Shown piece after piece: positions 35,412-49,000 of a stretch of DNA of 64,000 nt. The DNA is from Eledone cirrhosa (Eukaryota), in contig OZ024758.1 in NCBI GenBank assembly GCA_964016885.1, positions 15,748,001 through 15,812,000 on the forward strand. The letters are read 5' to 3'. Under the pieces are notes generated by a model. The model saw only the letters and a list, made by a program, of their open reading frames with translations, had not been told where the DNA came from and made no database searches. The position numbers and the translations under genes are program-made. The stretch's first letter is position 1, and every line of letters begins with the position of its first letter.

Positions 35412-38400
35412 GTAATAATAAATTTGAAGACTAAAATCGAAAGAGGGCTCGATAAGGATAAATATATATCAAATATATAAGAACCGTAGAGCAAATATTT
35501 ATTAAAATAACAGATTCAAATTTAAGCAAAGAATCGCTACTTTCACCCTTAACGGGATCTTCTGAAACTATAGTAATGTAAATACTAAGGGTTAAGGCAG
35601 TGTCCCAGCAAGGTTTTCAGACTCATGAATGAAACCCAGTTAAGAGTAATTTTAAAATTAAAAGAACAAAACAAAACAAAATAAAATAAAAACCTACTTT
35701 TTTCAGTTTCAGAAGTATATTGTCAATAGCAGAGTGGGTAAAACTGGAGATTAATATTGTAACACCACTAGCAACTAACATCTGAATGAGGGCAACTATT
35801 GTAGAAGTCTTCCCTGAAATTGAAATAGAAGGTATGTATATGTTGTGACAGATACAGGGTGTCCCTCCACCAAAAATAATGTATGCAGTTGAGGTCTTTC
35901 CTGAAGTTGAAATAGAAGACATCTATATGTGCTGTGACATATACAGAGTGCCCCCCCCCCCCCCCCCCCAAAAAAATGTATACATACTTCAACAGCATTC
36001 TAATAAATATTGCCTCTACAGGTAATCAAAGCGTGTATACATTTTTGGGGGACACCCTATAATCTGATCTGAGGAAATAGTTGAACAAATTTGGAGGCAA
36101 TAAACAGCAATAGAACCCTTAAACTATAAATCCAGTACTATATACATTTGAATATAAAACACTAAGTTAAACCAGCTATATCCGGCCAGAATTCACTCAC
36201 CTCTTTTCCTTTACCATGAAAATACAATAATAAATATAGAGTAATGTAAATGTTAAAGGGTTAAACATATATCTGGGTTCATATATGCTGTTACTCAGAA
36301 GGGTTAAAGAATAGAAGTGTACCAACCTGTTCCTGGATAACCACGGATAAGGACATAATCTTCACTCATGAAAACCTATAAGACATGATAAATTTTCATT
36401 AGAGTAGATTCATCTAGTATGCACCACCGATGGACAAACAACATGAGTTAAAGAAATGGGAGCATTCTTTTTTACATTAAATATTAGCACTAACCCCTTT
36501 GATATGAAACAGCCTGAAACTGCTCTTGATTCTATAATACAAAGCTGTTTATTTTAAAGTGTTCATATTTATCTAAAAACCTTCCATCATAATTTTATGT
36601 AAGACCCTTTGTTAACCCTTTAGTATTTAAACTGGCCATATCCGGCCAGAATTCTCTCACCTCTTTCTGTTTGAACCAGACGTAACTAGCTGCTTATACT
36701 GATGTTAAGGTATTTTCCTCAAAATAAATAACATCAAAATCTCATAGATTCGATATTATGTGAGATAATTATTATCGTTTAACGTCCATCTTCTACGCTG
36801 GGTTGGACTGTTATATAGAGTAATGTAAATGCTAAAGGGTTAAGTTACACCAGCTCAATGTTGAAAAGTTCAGTTATATTAGAAAAAATTATCCAAATTC
36901 TTGATTATTTCCAAAATTATTTGAAAATCATAGACAACATAGTTGAACAGAAATATAGTAATGAAAGGGTTAAAGCAATTCATATGAGAAATGCTCTGGT
37001 TTGGAGAAATACTCAACTATAACTGAATTTAGTATCACGGCAGAATATTGTGGATTGGCAGTATCGGTAGAGGGTCGGACGCCATGCATTGACGTACAGA
37101 GTTACGGCCCTTGACATTCTGAGTTCAAATCCCTCGAGGTTAACTTTGTCTTTCATCCTTACGGGGTCGATAAAATAAAGTACCAGTAATGCACTGGGTA
37201 ATTGCTGGCCTTGTGCAAAAGTAGAAACAATTATCTAATCAAAGATCAAATCAATTCATGCTACTATGGACAAAAAAGGAGCCATTCAATCATCATCATC
37301 ATCCAGTTTTTGATTATACAGGACACAATTAATCCCCAAGTAGGGGGTGGGCCCTGCTTGACAGCGCTTCTTAGTGTCCCGCTTCATGTGTTTCTGTCTG
37401 CTGGTCTCACTTGGGCCAGGCGAAGCCTAGTTTGATCCTGACGGAGATCCTCCATCCAAATCCTTTTTGGTCTTCCTGGGCCTCTACTGTCTCCTGGATC
37501 GACAGTCATCACTAAAAGATATTGATATCGATAACAATGGTCATGTTAGTGGTCTTGATGTTGGTCCTGGTATCCATAATGACCATGAATATGTAATATG
37601 GGAAGTGGTTTGGTTAAAAAAAAAACAAGTATAAGAAGAGGAAGGTAAAAATCATAAAGGCTTACCTTTAGAAGTGCCACTTTTTGTAGTTTGTTTAAAG
37701 GCTTGAAAATAGATTTCACTGAAATAAAAATACAAAGAATCAATTAATACAGCAATTGGAGGAGGGGATGGAAAATTTAAAGAATTATAACCAAGTCGCG
37801 GTTCTACTCCAGGTAGAGCTGTAACTTCTCCGAATTGAGAGATCACAGCTTCGATATTACGGGCATGTGGTTAGAATATCTCAGGAAAGAATTGCTAGAA
37901 AGATTTTACGGGCAAAACCAACCGGCTAGAGATCCAGGGGTAGACCCTGAGCAAGACGGTTGGATAACATCCATGAGCTTGGCTGGTCTCGCTTGGGGAT
38001 CCAGCTGGATCAGTTGGAGATGGTTGCTTCTGACAGGACCCGCTGGAAGGAGTGTTTGAGGACTCTGGTCCCACGACCCTCTCAGGAATAAGTGGGCAAA
38101 GAAGAGAAAGAGGATAACCAAGTAGTTTCAAAGCCGGTACAATGTGGTAGAAACATAAAGGGCAAAGGATGACAAATAAAACAAAACAAAGTAATGTTTC
38201 ACCCAGTATATTTCAGGGCTACTACCCTCTTTTCAAATGTAGCTGAGGTCCCAGGTTCAATCCCACTGCATGAGACCTCATGATTGTGTTTAACCCTTTA
38301 GCATTTAAACTGGCCAGATTTCTCTCACCTCTTTCTGTTCAAACCGGCCGTACACTAGCCACTCATACTTATGTTAAGGCATTGTTCTCAAAATACTATC

Positions 38401-41400
38401 AAAATCTCATAGATTCGATATTATGTGAGATAAAGCCTTTACCATGAAAATACAATAGTAAATATAGAGTAATGTAAATGCTAAAGGGTTAATAAACCAT
38501 AATAAACTTCAACAAACCTATGAACAATTGCTCTTTATTCTTTTTAATGAAGTTTTACTAAATAATCATAAAAAATCTCACCATTTTGAACTGTGCTTTT
38601 GGCCAATGTAGAATGGACTTTAGGTTTTTCATGGTCAATTATCAACTGTCTTAATCTTGTGCTGAAAAAAAAAAAAAAAAATATATCATCATCTAACGTC
38701 TGCTTTCCCTATAGTAAAGGTTGGATGGATCTACACAGACCAAGTCAGTACTGAAGCAGAGTAGCTGGTCTCCTAGACAGGCGCGGGATCTACATCTACA
38801 ATAACATGGACAAACAATCAGTCACCGCTGTTGGCAACAATAACAACAATGATCTGATAGATAACACTGGTCAACAAAATTTGGCCTTTTTTTCTGCTAT
38901 TATACGCAGGTATATATACATGTAGATATGATACGTCAAATAAAATCGTAATTGACAATATATAATACATAGAAATTGAACGAAGACTGCGTTACACTGT
39001 CTTATTTAATCAGTAACGTAATCCATGATACATTAAAAAAGACGATATTATATATAAACTGCATTAGGAGAAAATTAATATGTTTATTTAAGCGATGGCC
39101 AACCGGAAGTGTTGACATTTCAGAAATTTTAAAGTGAATCTTTAAATAAACAAAATATATTTAATCAACAGCCACAAAATTTAGTAGATAAATTATGTAA
39201 TATTCATTCATTATTTATTCAAAGTAATCCAACTTATTTTACTAATGGGATAAAAAATTATAAACCGTACACAGTCCCGCGCTCCTTACTTTATTATAGT
39301 TTAAATAGCTCAGCAGTTCAGTGTATTGATTATGTTGATTTACCAAACAAAGTCCAACATCCTTCTTACCTGTGTGGAGTGTCTGCCATTAGAGTAATCA
39401 GATTGTTGTAACATATACCCCAATTTTCCCAGTCAGTACATTTGTCAACTTTGAAAATTTCTTTGTTAACGTTGGGATGGTCATCAAAACTTCTGAAAAG
39501 GAAAGAAAAGAAAAGAAAATACAGCTTTATTATGTAAACCAGAATTATTCTGAAAGTTCTAGTTACTACAGATAGAGATCCCCTTTGGTCAAGGATGACC
39601 ATGGGCTTGTAACTTCTAGTTACTACAGGACTACAGATAGAGATCCCCTTCGGTCAAGGATGACCACGGGCTTGTAACTTCTAGTTACTACAGGACTAAA
39701 GGTAGAGAGTCCCTTTGGTCAAGGATGACCATGAGCTTGGTAACTTCTAGTTACTACAGGATTACATATAGAGAGCCCCTTTAGTCAAGGATGACTATGG
39801 GCTTGTAACTTCTAGTTACTACAGGACTAAAGGTAGAGAGTCACTTTAGTCAAGGATGACCATGAGCTTGGTAACTTCTAGTTACTACAGGATTACATGT
39901 AGAGAGCCCCTTTAGTCAAGAATAGCCAAGGGCTTGGAAAATTCTAGTTTTTGGTGTATTTGGATGGTGAGAATGGTTTGGTTTGGCAATGTCAATGTGC
40001 GTGAACGGCCAAGCTTAGATGAGTTGAGAGAGAAACTGTGTATAAGAGGGATAAGTTGTAGTGTGCAGGAGAGAAGACTGCGTTGGTGTGGACATGTGAT
40101 GCGCATGGAGGATGACCGCTGGGTAAAGAAGTGCCAAGAAATCCCAGTAGAAGGAAGACGCAGTAGCGGTAGACCTCGAAAAACATGGGCGGATGTGGTG
40201 AGAGCAGACCTCAGATCGCTGAAGCTCACGGAGTAGTTGACGAATGGAGAGATGCTGTGCTGAATAGGATCCGTCCCACCCTTGCAAGCAGGGAAAAGCG
40301 GACGTAAAATGATGATGATGATGGCAGGAGTCAAGAGAACAGGTTGGTGTACAGTTTAGGGTGTTTGCTCAGGGTTAGTAGACTGATTGGAGCAATAACG
40401 CGTCTTATTATGTAAACCAGAATTATTCTGAAAGTTCTAGTTACTACAGATAGAGATCCCCTTTGGTCAAGGATGACCATGGGCTTGTAACTTCTAGTTA
40501 CTACAGGACTACAGATAGAGATCCCCTTCGGTCAAGGATGACTATGGGCTAGTAACTTCTAGTTACTACAGGACTAAAGGTAGAGAGTCACTTTAGTCAA
40601 GGATGACCATGAGCTTGGTAACTTCTAGTTACTACAGGATTACATATAGAGAGCCCCTTTAGTCAAGGATGACTATGGGCTTGTAACTTCTAGTTACTAC
40701 AGGACTAAAGGTAGAGAGTCACTTTAGTCAAGGATGACCATGAGCTTGGTAACTTCTAGTTACTACAGGATTAAGCCATGACATCAACAGAAAATAGAAA
40801 GTAAAATAACACTCTACCTATCACACATAACAACAAGATATTCTTCCGAGACACTGTATATATATCCTCTACAGATAACAATCTGTTGTTTGTCTTCAAT
40901 ACTAACTGCAACACCGTCGTGGACATTTAATCCAACTGTATTAATAGGTTCGAATGTCTGATGTAATCTGGAAATAAATAAACAAATATAATATTGATTA
41001 GAATCATTTCTTTGTTATCACTCACTGTAAATGAGGTTGATGTTAAGAAGGGCATCCAGCTGTAGAAACCAAGCCACAATTGGTTCTGTATGAGCAAGAC
41101 ATGGTCACCTGACCTGGCATTGCTCACAACAGGATAACTCGTCTAACCCATGCCAACATGGAAATATGGATGTTAAATGACGATGATGATAATTGATTGA
41201 CTCTTGATACGAACCCAGCCTAAGCTGGTCCTGGTTCTATGAAAATAAACTACCCATTTCAAAAGACTCCTCACTAAATTTATATCTTCCAACATGATAT
41301 TATACAAGAACCATATTTTAAGTTATATTTGGAATGAAATAATTAATCAATTGAGTAAATCTTTCAAAATTCTGCATTAATTAACTGAAAGAGAGTATAT

Positions 41401-44400
41401 TTCGTTATAAATATGGTAATGAAAGGGTTAAACAAATTAGTTATTAACATGATGGGAGTGGTGAAGGGCAGGAGACTGAATTAAGTGTAAGAATTGCTGG
41501 AGCTGGTGAAGAAATACTGGTAATCAGAAGAAGGGAGGTAGGAGTATCTTCAAATTCAGTATTCATGCCTACGGTCAGGAATCTTGGGTAATGATAGAAA
41601 GAATACGATCGTGAATACAAGTGGTCAAAACGGGGTTCCTCCAAAGGTTCTTTGGAGTAACGTTACTTGACAGCGTGTAGCTCAGAGATCGAAGAGTTGC
41701 TCCAGGTAGATCTGCTACTTCTCCAAATTGAAAGATCACAGCTCAGATACTCTGAACATGTAGTTAGAATGTCTAAGGAAAGAATTTCTAGAAGGATTTT
41801 ACAGGTAAAGTCAACCGGGAGGCAACCCAGGGGTATACTAAGAGTAAAATGGTTGGATAGCATTCATGAGGTTGGATGGTCTCGCTGGAAGGATGAAATG
41901 TAAAGTTGAGATTGGCAAGATTTGATTACAGAAAGTAAAGGACTCTGTAAGAAACAGCACAAAGTGTTTTGTTTGATGTTCTAATAATTCTGGTAATCAT
42001 AAACTACAAACTTTTATAATCCTTTGGATTGGTTATATTTTCTACGATGCAGGGGTACTAACAATTTTATTTCAGGTGTAACTCCCGACTACAAAACAGG
42101 AGACTTTGAAGCGAGACTCCAACCGAAACTCCCGATAGCGAGGAATGTTGCTTATTTATAATAGTCCGCAGAGTCCATTTCTTTAATTCCAAAGGGGTGT
42201 TCACTGCAATACAATCAAAGAAGTTAATCATAGAGGCAGTGATGAAACAACAAACTTACTTTGAATATGGATGCCTTTTAAATGAATTAAGAATCTTTTC
42301 TGTGTTTGCAAGTTTCTGAGAGCCACAAAACTGGAGGTTGCTGATACATTCTCCTTTTTTTTCTCTGAAATACAGAAATAATAATATTACATAAATAACT
42401 CAACAGAGCTGAAAGAGAAATAAACTGAATACAGTCTGTTCATTTTTTTACGTGAAGATGCGTTCGCAAACACAGCACATAAAGCAAATTCATATAATTC
42501 AAACCTAATGTTATATTATATTCCTGATAAATAAAAAAAATTAAAAACCACACACGTTATTTGTGCAAAGTGAATCATCATCATCATCATTTCATTTTAC
42601 GTCCACTTTTCCCTGCTAGCAAGGGTGGGACGGGAACTGATTCTGGCTTGATTTCTACAGCTGGATGCCCTTCCTAACACCAACCTCATTTACAGTGAGT
42701 GCTGGGTGCTTTTTTGCCGTGGCACCTCCACGACCACTTTGCAGTGGAATGATAGGGACATCAGTCCCTATCATCTCATTTCTACAGCTGAGTAAACTGG
42801 AGCAATGTGAAATAAAGTATCTTGCTCAAGGAAACAACACATCACCCGGTCTGAGAATTGAACTCACAACCTTTCGATTGCAAGGCCAATGCTCTAACCA
42901 CTAAGCCATGTGCCTCCATATTCAATAATCTTTTTCAAGACATGTTAAAGCGAATTCCCGTACTTCAAGTTCACGTAAAAAGCAAACAGACAAGATAAAT
43001 AATCTTATTTTGCATATTTCAGGGCTATTACTATCTCTTCAGATGCGAAGCTGAAACAGTCCAAGACAAAACAAAACAAATGATCGAAGTATTCTTCCCT
43101 TCCTATTAGGGAAGAAAACTCTGATCACCCGTTTCATTTTAAAATGAAAATTATTGTGTACAATGCTCACGTGCACTACAACTCATCAAAGGTGCATGTA
43201 TAGTACATAGAATAATGTACAAAAGTCTGGAAAGTGAACAATGTATAACCATTTGGCCATAGTGCATCTATTCTTTTGGTGTTACACATAGTGAAACAGT
43301 ATAAATATTTGCAACAAACCTCTCAATACCAGTTGAGCACCAAATATCACGGACCCCTTCACCATGGATACTACTTTGCTTTTCAAACTCGATCATGACA
43401 CACCAGCGAAGGAAAAAATTAATATGTGACTGGCTTAAATGAGATAATGACGTCTGGTGAAGCTCTTTGCGCTTTTTACTCATCTTCTCGAGACCTGGAG
43501 AATAACTGGAAAGATATAAACAACTCGATAGTAGAATAAAATATAAAATACTTGGTAGTAGAAAGATATTTTAAACTTTTATACATTATAAAACCAAAAT
43601 ACACAATAAGTTGTGTGTTTTTGAGTTGGTCAGTCTCTTCAACAAACTCTTCACTATTTCTCTCTCGATTTCTTTAGGGAGCTGCTTCCGCTGTTGACAA
43701 AGAAGGGTTTCTCCCTACGAGCGAAAGGCCGATTATATGATGCCAGTGTGAGATGCGCGATGCTGCATGATAGTGAGACATGGGCAGAAACTGCGGAGAA
43801 TATGCGACGGCTGGAGAGAAATGAAGCAACTGCAGAGAATATGTGACGGCTGGAGAGAAATGAAGCAAGGATGGGTAAAGAAGTGCCAAGAAATCCCAGT
43901 AGAAGGAAGACCACGAAAATCATGGGTGGAGGTGGTGAGAGCAGACCTCAGATCGCTGAAGCTCAGAGGAGATGACGAAGGACCGTCATAGTGGAGAGAT
44001 GCCGTGCTGAATAGGACTCGTCCCACCCTTCTGAGCAGGGAAAAGTGGACGTAAAATGATGATGATGATGATGATGATGATTTCCATCATCTGCAAATCA
44101 TTGTTTGTCTTCATCTCTCTCAAGCTATACTCTGCACATCCACAAACCGTTCTCGTTTCAGTTCTTACTACCTTCTCTGCTGCTCTATGTTCATCATCCA
44201 TGCTCGAATTCCATAAATCATGGCACTTCTCACACATGTAGCCTACACCAATAGAATCATCCATGTCTTACCCCTACTTCTCACACATGTAGCCTACACC
44301 AATAGAATCATCCATGTCTTACTCCTACTTCTCACACATGTAGCCTACACCAATAGAATCATCCATGTCTTACTCCTACTTCCCACACATGTAGCCTACA

Positions 44401-45982
44401 CCAATAGAATCATCCATGTCTTACTCCTACTTCCCACACATGTAGCATACACCAATAGAATCATCCATGTCTTACTCCTACTTCCCACACATGTAGCCTA
44501 CACCAATAGAATCATCCATGTCTTACTCCTACTTCCCACACATGTAGCCTACACCAATAGAATCATCCATGTCTTCCTCCTACTTCTCACACATGTAGCC
44601 TACACCAATAGAATCATCCATGTCTTACTCCTACTTCCCACACATGTAGCCTACACCAATAGAATCATCCATGTCTTACTCCTACTTCCCACACATGTAG
44701 CCTACACCAATAGAATCATCCATGTCTTCCTCCTACTTCTCACACATGTAGCCTACACCAATAGAATCATCCATGTCTTACTCCTACTTCCCACACATGT
44801 AGCCTACACCAATAGAATCATCCATGTCTTACTCCTACTTCTCACACATGTAGCCTACACCAATAGAATCATCCATGTCTTACTCCTACTTCCCACACAT
44901 GTAGCCTACACCAATAGAATCATCCATGTCTTACTCCTACTTCCCACACATGTAGCCTACACCAATAGAATCATCCATGTCTTCCTCCTACTTCTCACAC
45001 ATGTAGCCTACACCAATAGAATCATCCATGTCTTACTCCTACTTCTCACACATGTAGCATACACCAATAGAATCATCCATGTCTTACTCCTACTTCCCAC
45101 ACATGTAGCCTACACCAATAGAATCATCCATGTCTTACTCCTACTTCTCACACATGTAGCCTACACCAATAGAATCATCCATGTCTTACTCCTACTTCTC
45201 ACACATGTAGCCTACACTAATAGAATACATTATTAAGGCGGCGGATTGGCAGAATCGGTTGAGCATTAGACACCATGCTTTGCAGCATAGAGTTACGGCC
45301 CTTTACATTCTGAGTTCAAATCCCACAGAGGTTAGCTTTGCCTTTCATCCTTATGGGGTTGATAAAATAAAGTACCAGTAATGCACTGGGGTCGATTTAA
45401 TCAACTTTCCCCCTCTCCCCAAATTGCTGGCCTTGTGCCTAAAGTAGAACACATTTATTACTGGCGGTGGTGGATTGGCAGTATCGGTAGAGGGTCGGAC
45501 GCCATGCTTTCCAGCATAGTTACGTCCCTTTACGATCTGAGTTCAAATCCCGCCGAGGTTGACTTTGCCTTTCATCCTTACGGGGTCGATAAAATAAAGT
45601 ACCAGTAATGCACTGGGTAATTGCTGGCCTTGTGCCTAAAGTAGAAACAATTATTACTTACCCTTGATAAATAGAGCAACTGAGAAGATGGGGACATTTA
45701 TTACAAGCAGATACATTGCTGATCGGTTCAGGTAGTTTACCGAGGATCTTTGATAAATCTTCAGGCAGTGAGTTCTCCTTCAGTAAACTGTTTTGTATAT
45801 AATACAGAATTTCATTTCTGAGCTGGATTAATCCTGTTAATGAGAGAAAAATAATGCAGTAAGTGAAACCATTCAACTACACAAACGAACATGGTAGCCC
45901 AAAAGTCACCAGACAATTTTATATACATTATAATTTGAAATGGGCTAGTGACTTTTGGGACACCCAGTATACACATATATAT

Positions 45983-46015
<33 letters not shown>

Positions 46016-49000
46016 CACACATCATCATTGTTTAATGTCAATTTTCCACGCTAGCATGATCAGGTTGGTGGACCTTGATTCGCTCACACAGAACTGATTT
46101 TGGTCTGGTTTCTATGGCTGAATGCTTTTTGTCGTGACACCTACACAACTACTTCACAGTACGGACTGGGGCTTTTGTCAGGATACCTATACGACCACTA
46201 TATAGTGTGGGCTGGGTTCTATTGTCATGGCTCCAGGAGGGGTTGGAACTTGGGATGGGAAATGGTAGAGGAAAGTGCTGTATACTAGATATATGCCTCA
46301 GCCCAAGCACGTGAGAGGGTAAGTCTTTTGTGATACTCCTTCACTGTAATCATCCCACCTCTATACCTATGTCTTAAACAGGGTTAATGTTTGGCTCAAT
46401 CACACCAACCCCTTTTGTCTTGATGTTGAGCTAAAACAGGGCTCATGTTTGGCTAAAATAGGGAGCATGTTTGGCTAAAATAGGGAACATGTTTGGCTAA
46501 AACAGGGAGCATGTTTGGTTAAAACAGGGCTCATGTTTGGCTAAAACAGGACTCATGTTTGGCTAAAACAGGGAGCATGTTTTTTCTAAAACAGGACACA
46601 TGTTTGACTAAAACAGGGATCATGTTTGGCTCAGTTACACCTACCTCTTTTGTCTTGATGTTGAGCTATAACAGGACTCATGTTTGGTTGATCTTTCAAA
46701 TAAAGAAGTAAACCTTCTTTTGGATCTTCTCGTCTATCAGACATCATCATAGTGTACAATGTAACCTGGAACAGAGAGGGAAAAGAAGTAATGACGGGTA
46801 AGAAAAGTATTTTTATGGAAAATGTGTAATTTAATTGCTATCTAATAAACTTTCTACTTATTTTAAGAGACTTTCTTTAGAATGTGCAACCTACAAGATG
46901 CTATTTAATCCTTTAGCGTTTAAACCAGCCACATCCAGCCAGAATTCTCTCACCTCTTTCTGTTCAAATCAGCAGTAACTGACCACTCATACTTATGTTA
47001 AGGTATGTATTGTTCTAAAAATGAATAATATCAAAATCTCAGATTCGATATTATATAAGATAAAGCCTTTACCACAAAAATACAATAGTAAATATAGAGT
47101 AATGTAAATGCTAAAGAGTTAAGGTCGTTTCCCTTCTAAAGCAAGGGTTAGATTTCAATTCAATGACAGAGAAGTACATGTCTTAGACACTATACAATTA
47201 TATCCTGGAGATTTTGTCTCATGAGATTGTGGATTTGACCCCAGAAAGTTCATCTCCAAGGCACAGGCCTGGGTAAGGTATTGACCATGCATGAAACTAT
47301 CCCCTGTTGATGTTTGGCTGTTGATTCTGAGGAGTTCATCTGCCCTTTTAACAGCTCGTTTTTTTTTTGTGCTGGTAGGTTTCAACTTACCGTCTTCACC
47401 AGACCAGGGTCCAGTGAAGGAACCTGTTTAGTCATTGACCACTTGACCATGAAATAGGTTGTACTGGATTACATGGTACCAGTAGCAGACAGAAGCCTGA
47501 CCAGTGTGTGGTAGTGGAGTCAGTTTAGTTGCTGACCACTCAACCATGAAGCAGTTTGTATTGAGTTACATGGTTCTAGTAGCAGACAGAAGCCTAACTT
47601 GACCAGACCAGGGTCTCGTGGGGGAGCTGGTTTAGTCGCTGACCACTCAACCATGAAGCAGTTTGTATTGAGTTACATAGTACCAGTAGCAGACAGAAGC
47701 CAGACCTGACCATGGTACTTTATTTATTGACTACAAAATGGTTGAAAGTCAACACTGACTTCAGTGGGATATTAATTTAGAAAACAGAGAACCAGATTAA
47801 ATACCACAAGGAATTTAATTCAACACTTGTATAACAATTTTCCACCCTAAAGTTACATTAGAATCCTAAATATACAACATATGAAAACAAAAATTTGGGA
47901 TCTATAAATATTAGATATACTACCTGGCCTTTATGTTCAGCAGAAAATGAAGGATTTCCAGTCTTCAATTCTAAAGGGACCACTTTCCTTTTTAAATCGT
48001 GTGTCTGTTGTTAGATTATAAAATGAAGAAGAAAAATCCCAGCATTAGTTGCAGAAATATTTATAGGATTTTCAGTATCATGTTATCACTTTATTAAAAT
48101 AAATATGATATATTCTGAGAAAGAAGAAACCATACTATAACTTTTGTTTATATCAAACCACTGCTGGTTCTATGATACAAAACTACTTGTTTATCATCTT
48201 GTCATCATTATTATTTAACATCCATTTTTGATGCTAGCAAGAATTCTATTTATCTAAAAATCTTCCATCATAATTTTATGCGAGAATCTTAAAGATATGT
48301 TGTAAACACCAGCTTAACACTTTAGCATTTAAACCGGCCGTATCCGGCCAGAATTCTCTCACCTCTTTCTGTTCAAACCGGCTGTAACCAGCATCTCATA
48401 CAGATGTTAAGGTATTGTTCTCAAACTAAATAATATCAAATTCTCATTGATTCGATATTGTGAGAGATAATTATGTGAAGTAAAGACTTTACCATGAACA
48501 TATAATAGTAAATATATGGTTTGAATAGAAAGAGGTGAAAGAATTCTGGCTGGATACAACCAGTTTAAACGCTAAAGGGCTACTAAATATTTAACAAAAT
48601 AACTATAACTATTTTAACTTACTTTGATTTCCACAGTGAGATCAATTTTCCCCTTTAAACCAAACCTAGAGAAAAATTGTAAAGTTGAAATTTAGTACAA
48701 AGTTTATTCTTATATTTTTTGACAATTTTGACAATTTATCATAAGTAATAATACTTTTAATATTAATATAAAGAATGGTGTGCTGTGCAGAGATGCTATA
48801 AAATAGGGTGAAGACACTTAATCATAATAATAATGAAATTTATTGTGTACAGTGCTCAGGCGCACTACAACTCATCAAAGGTGCATGTATAGTACATAGA
48901 ATAATGTACAAATGTCAGGGAAGTGAACAGTGTATGTGTTATGATATATACACACAGACACACATGTATGTGGAGGGGGGAATATAAGGTATAGTGTTGG

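Noticed and set aside
38900-39305. Possible Helitron/Helentron-like end (CTATAATAAAG.. on minus)
   Set aside because: No matching opposite terminus or second copy visible.
44220-45236. 338-aa ORF of 18-aa repeats
   Set aside because: It is a 54-bp intronic minisatellite whose unit is divisible by 3 and stop-free in one frame; antisense to DNA2, with no splice or domain evidence.
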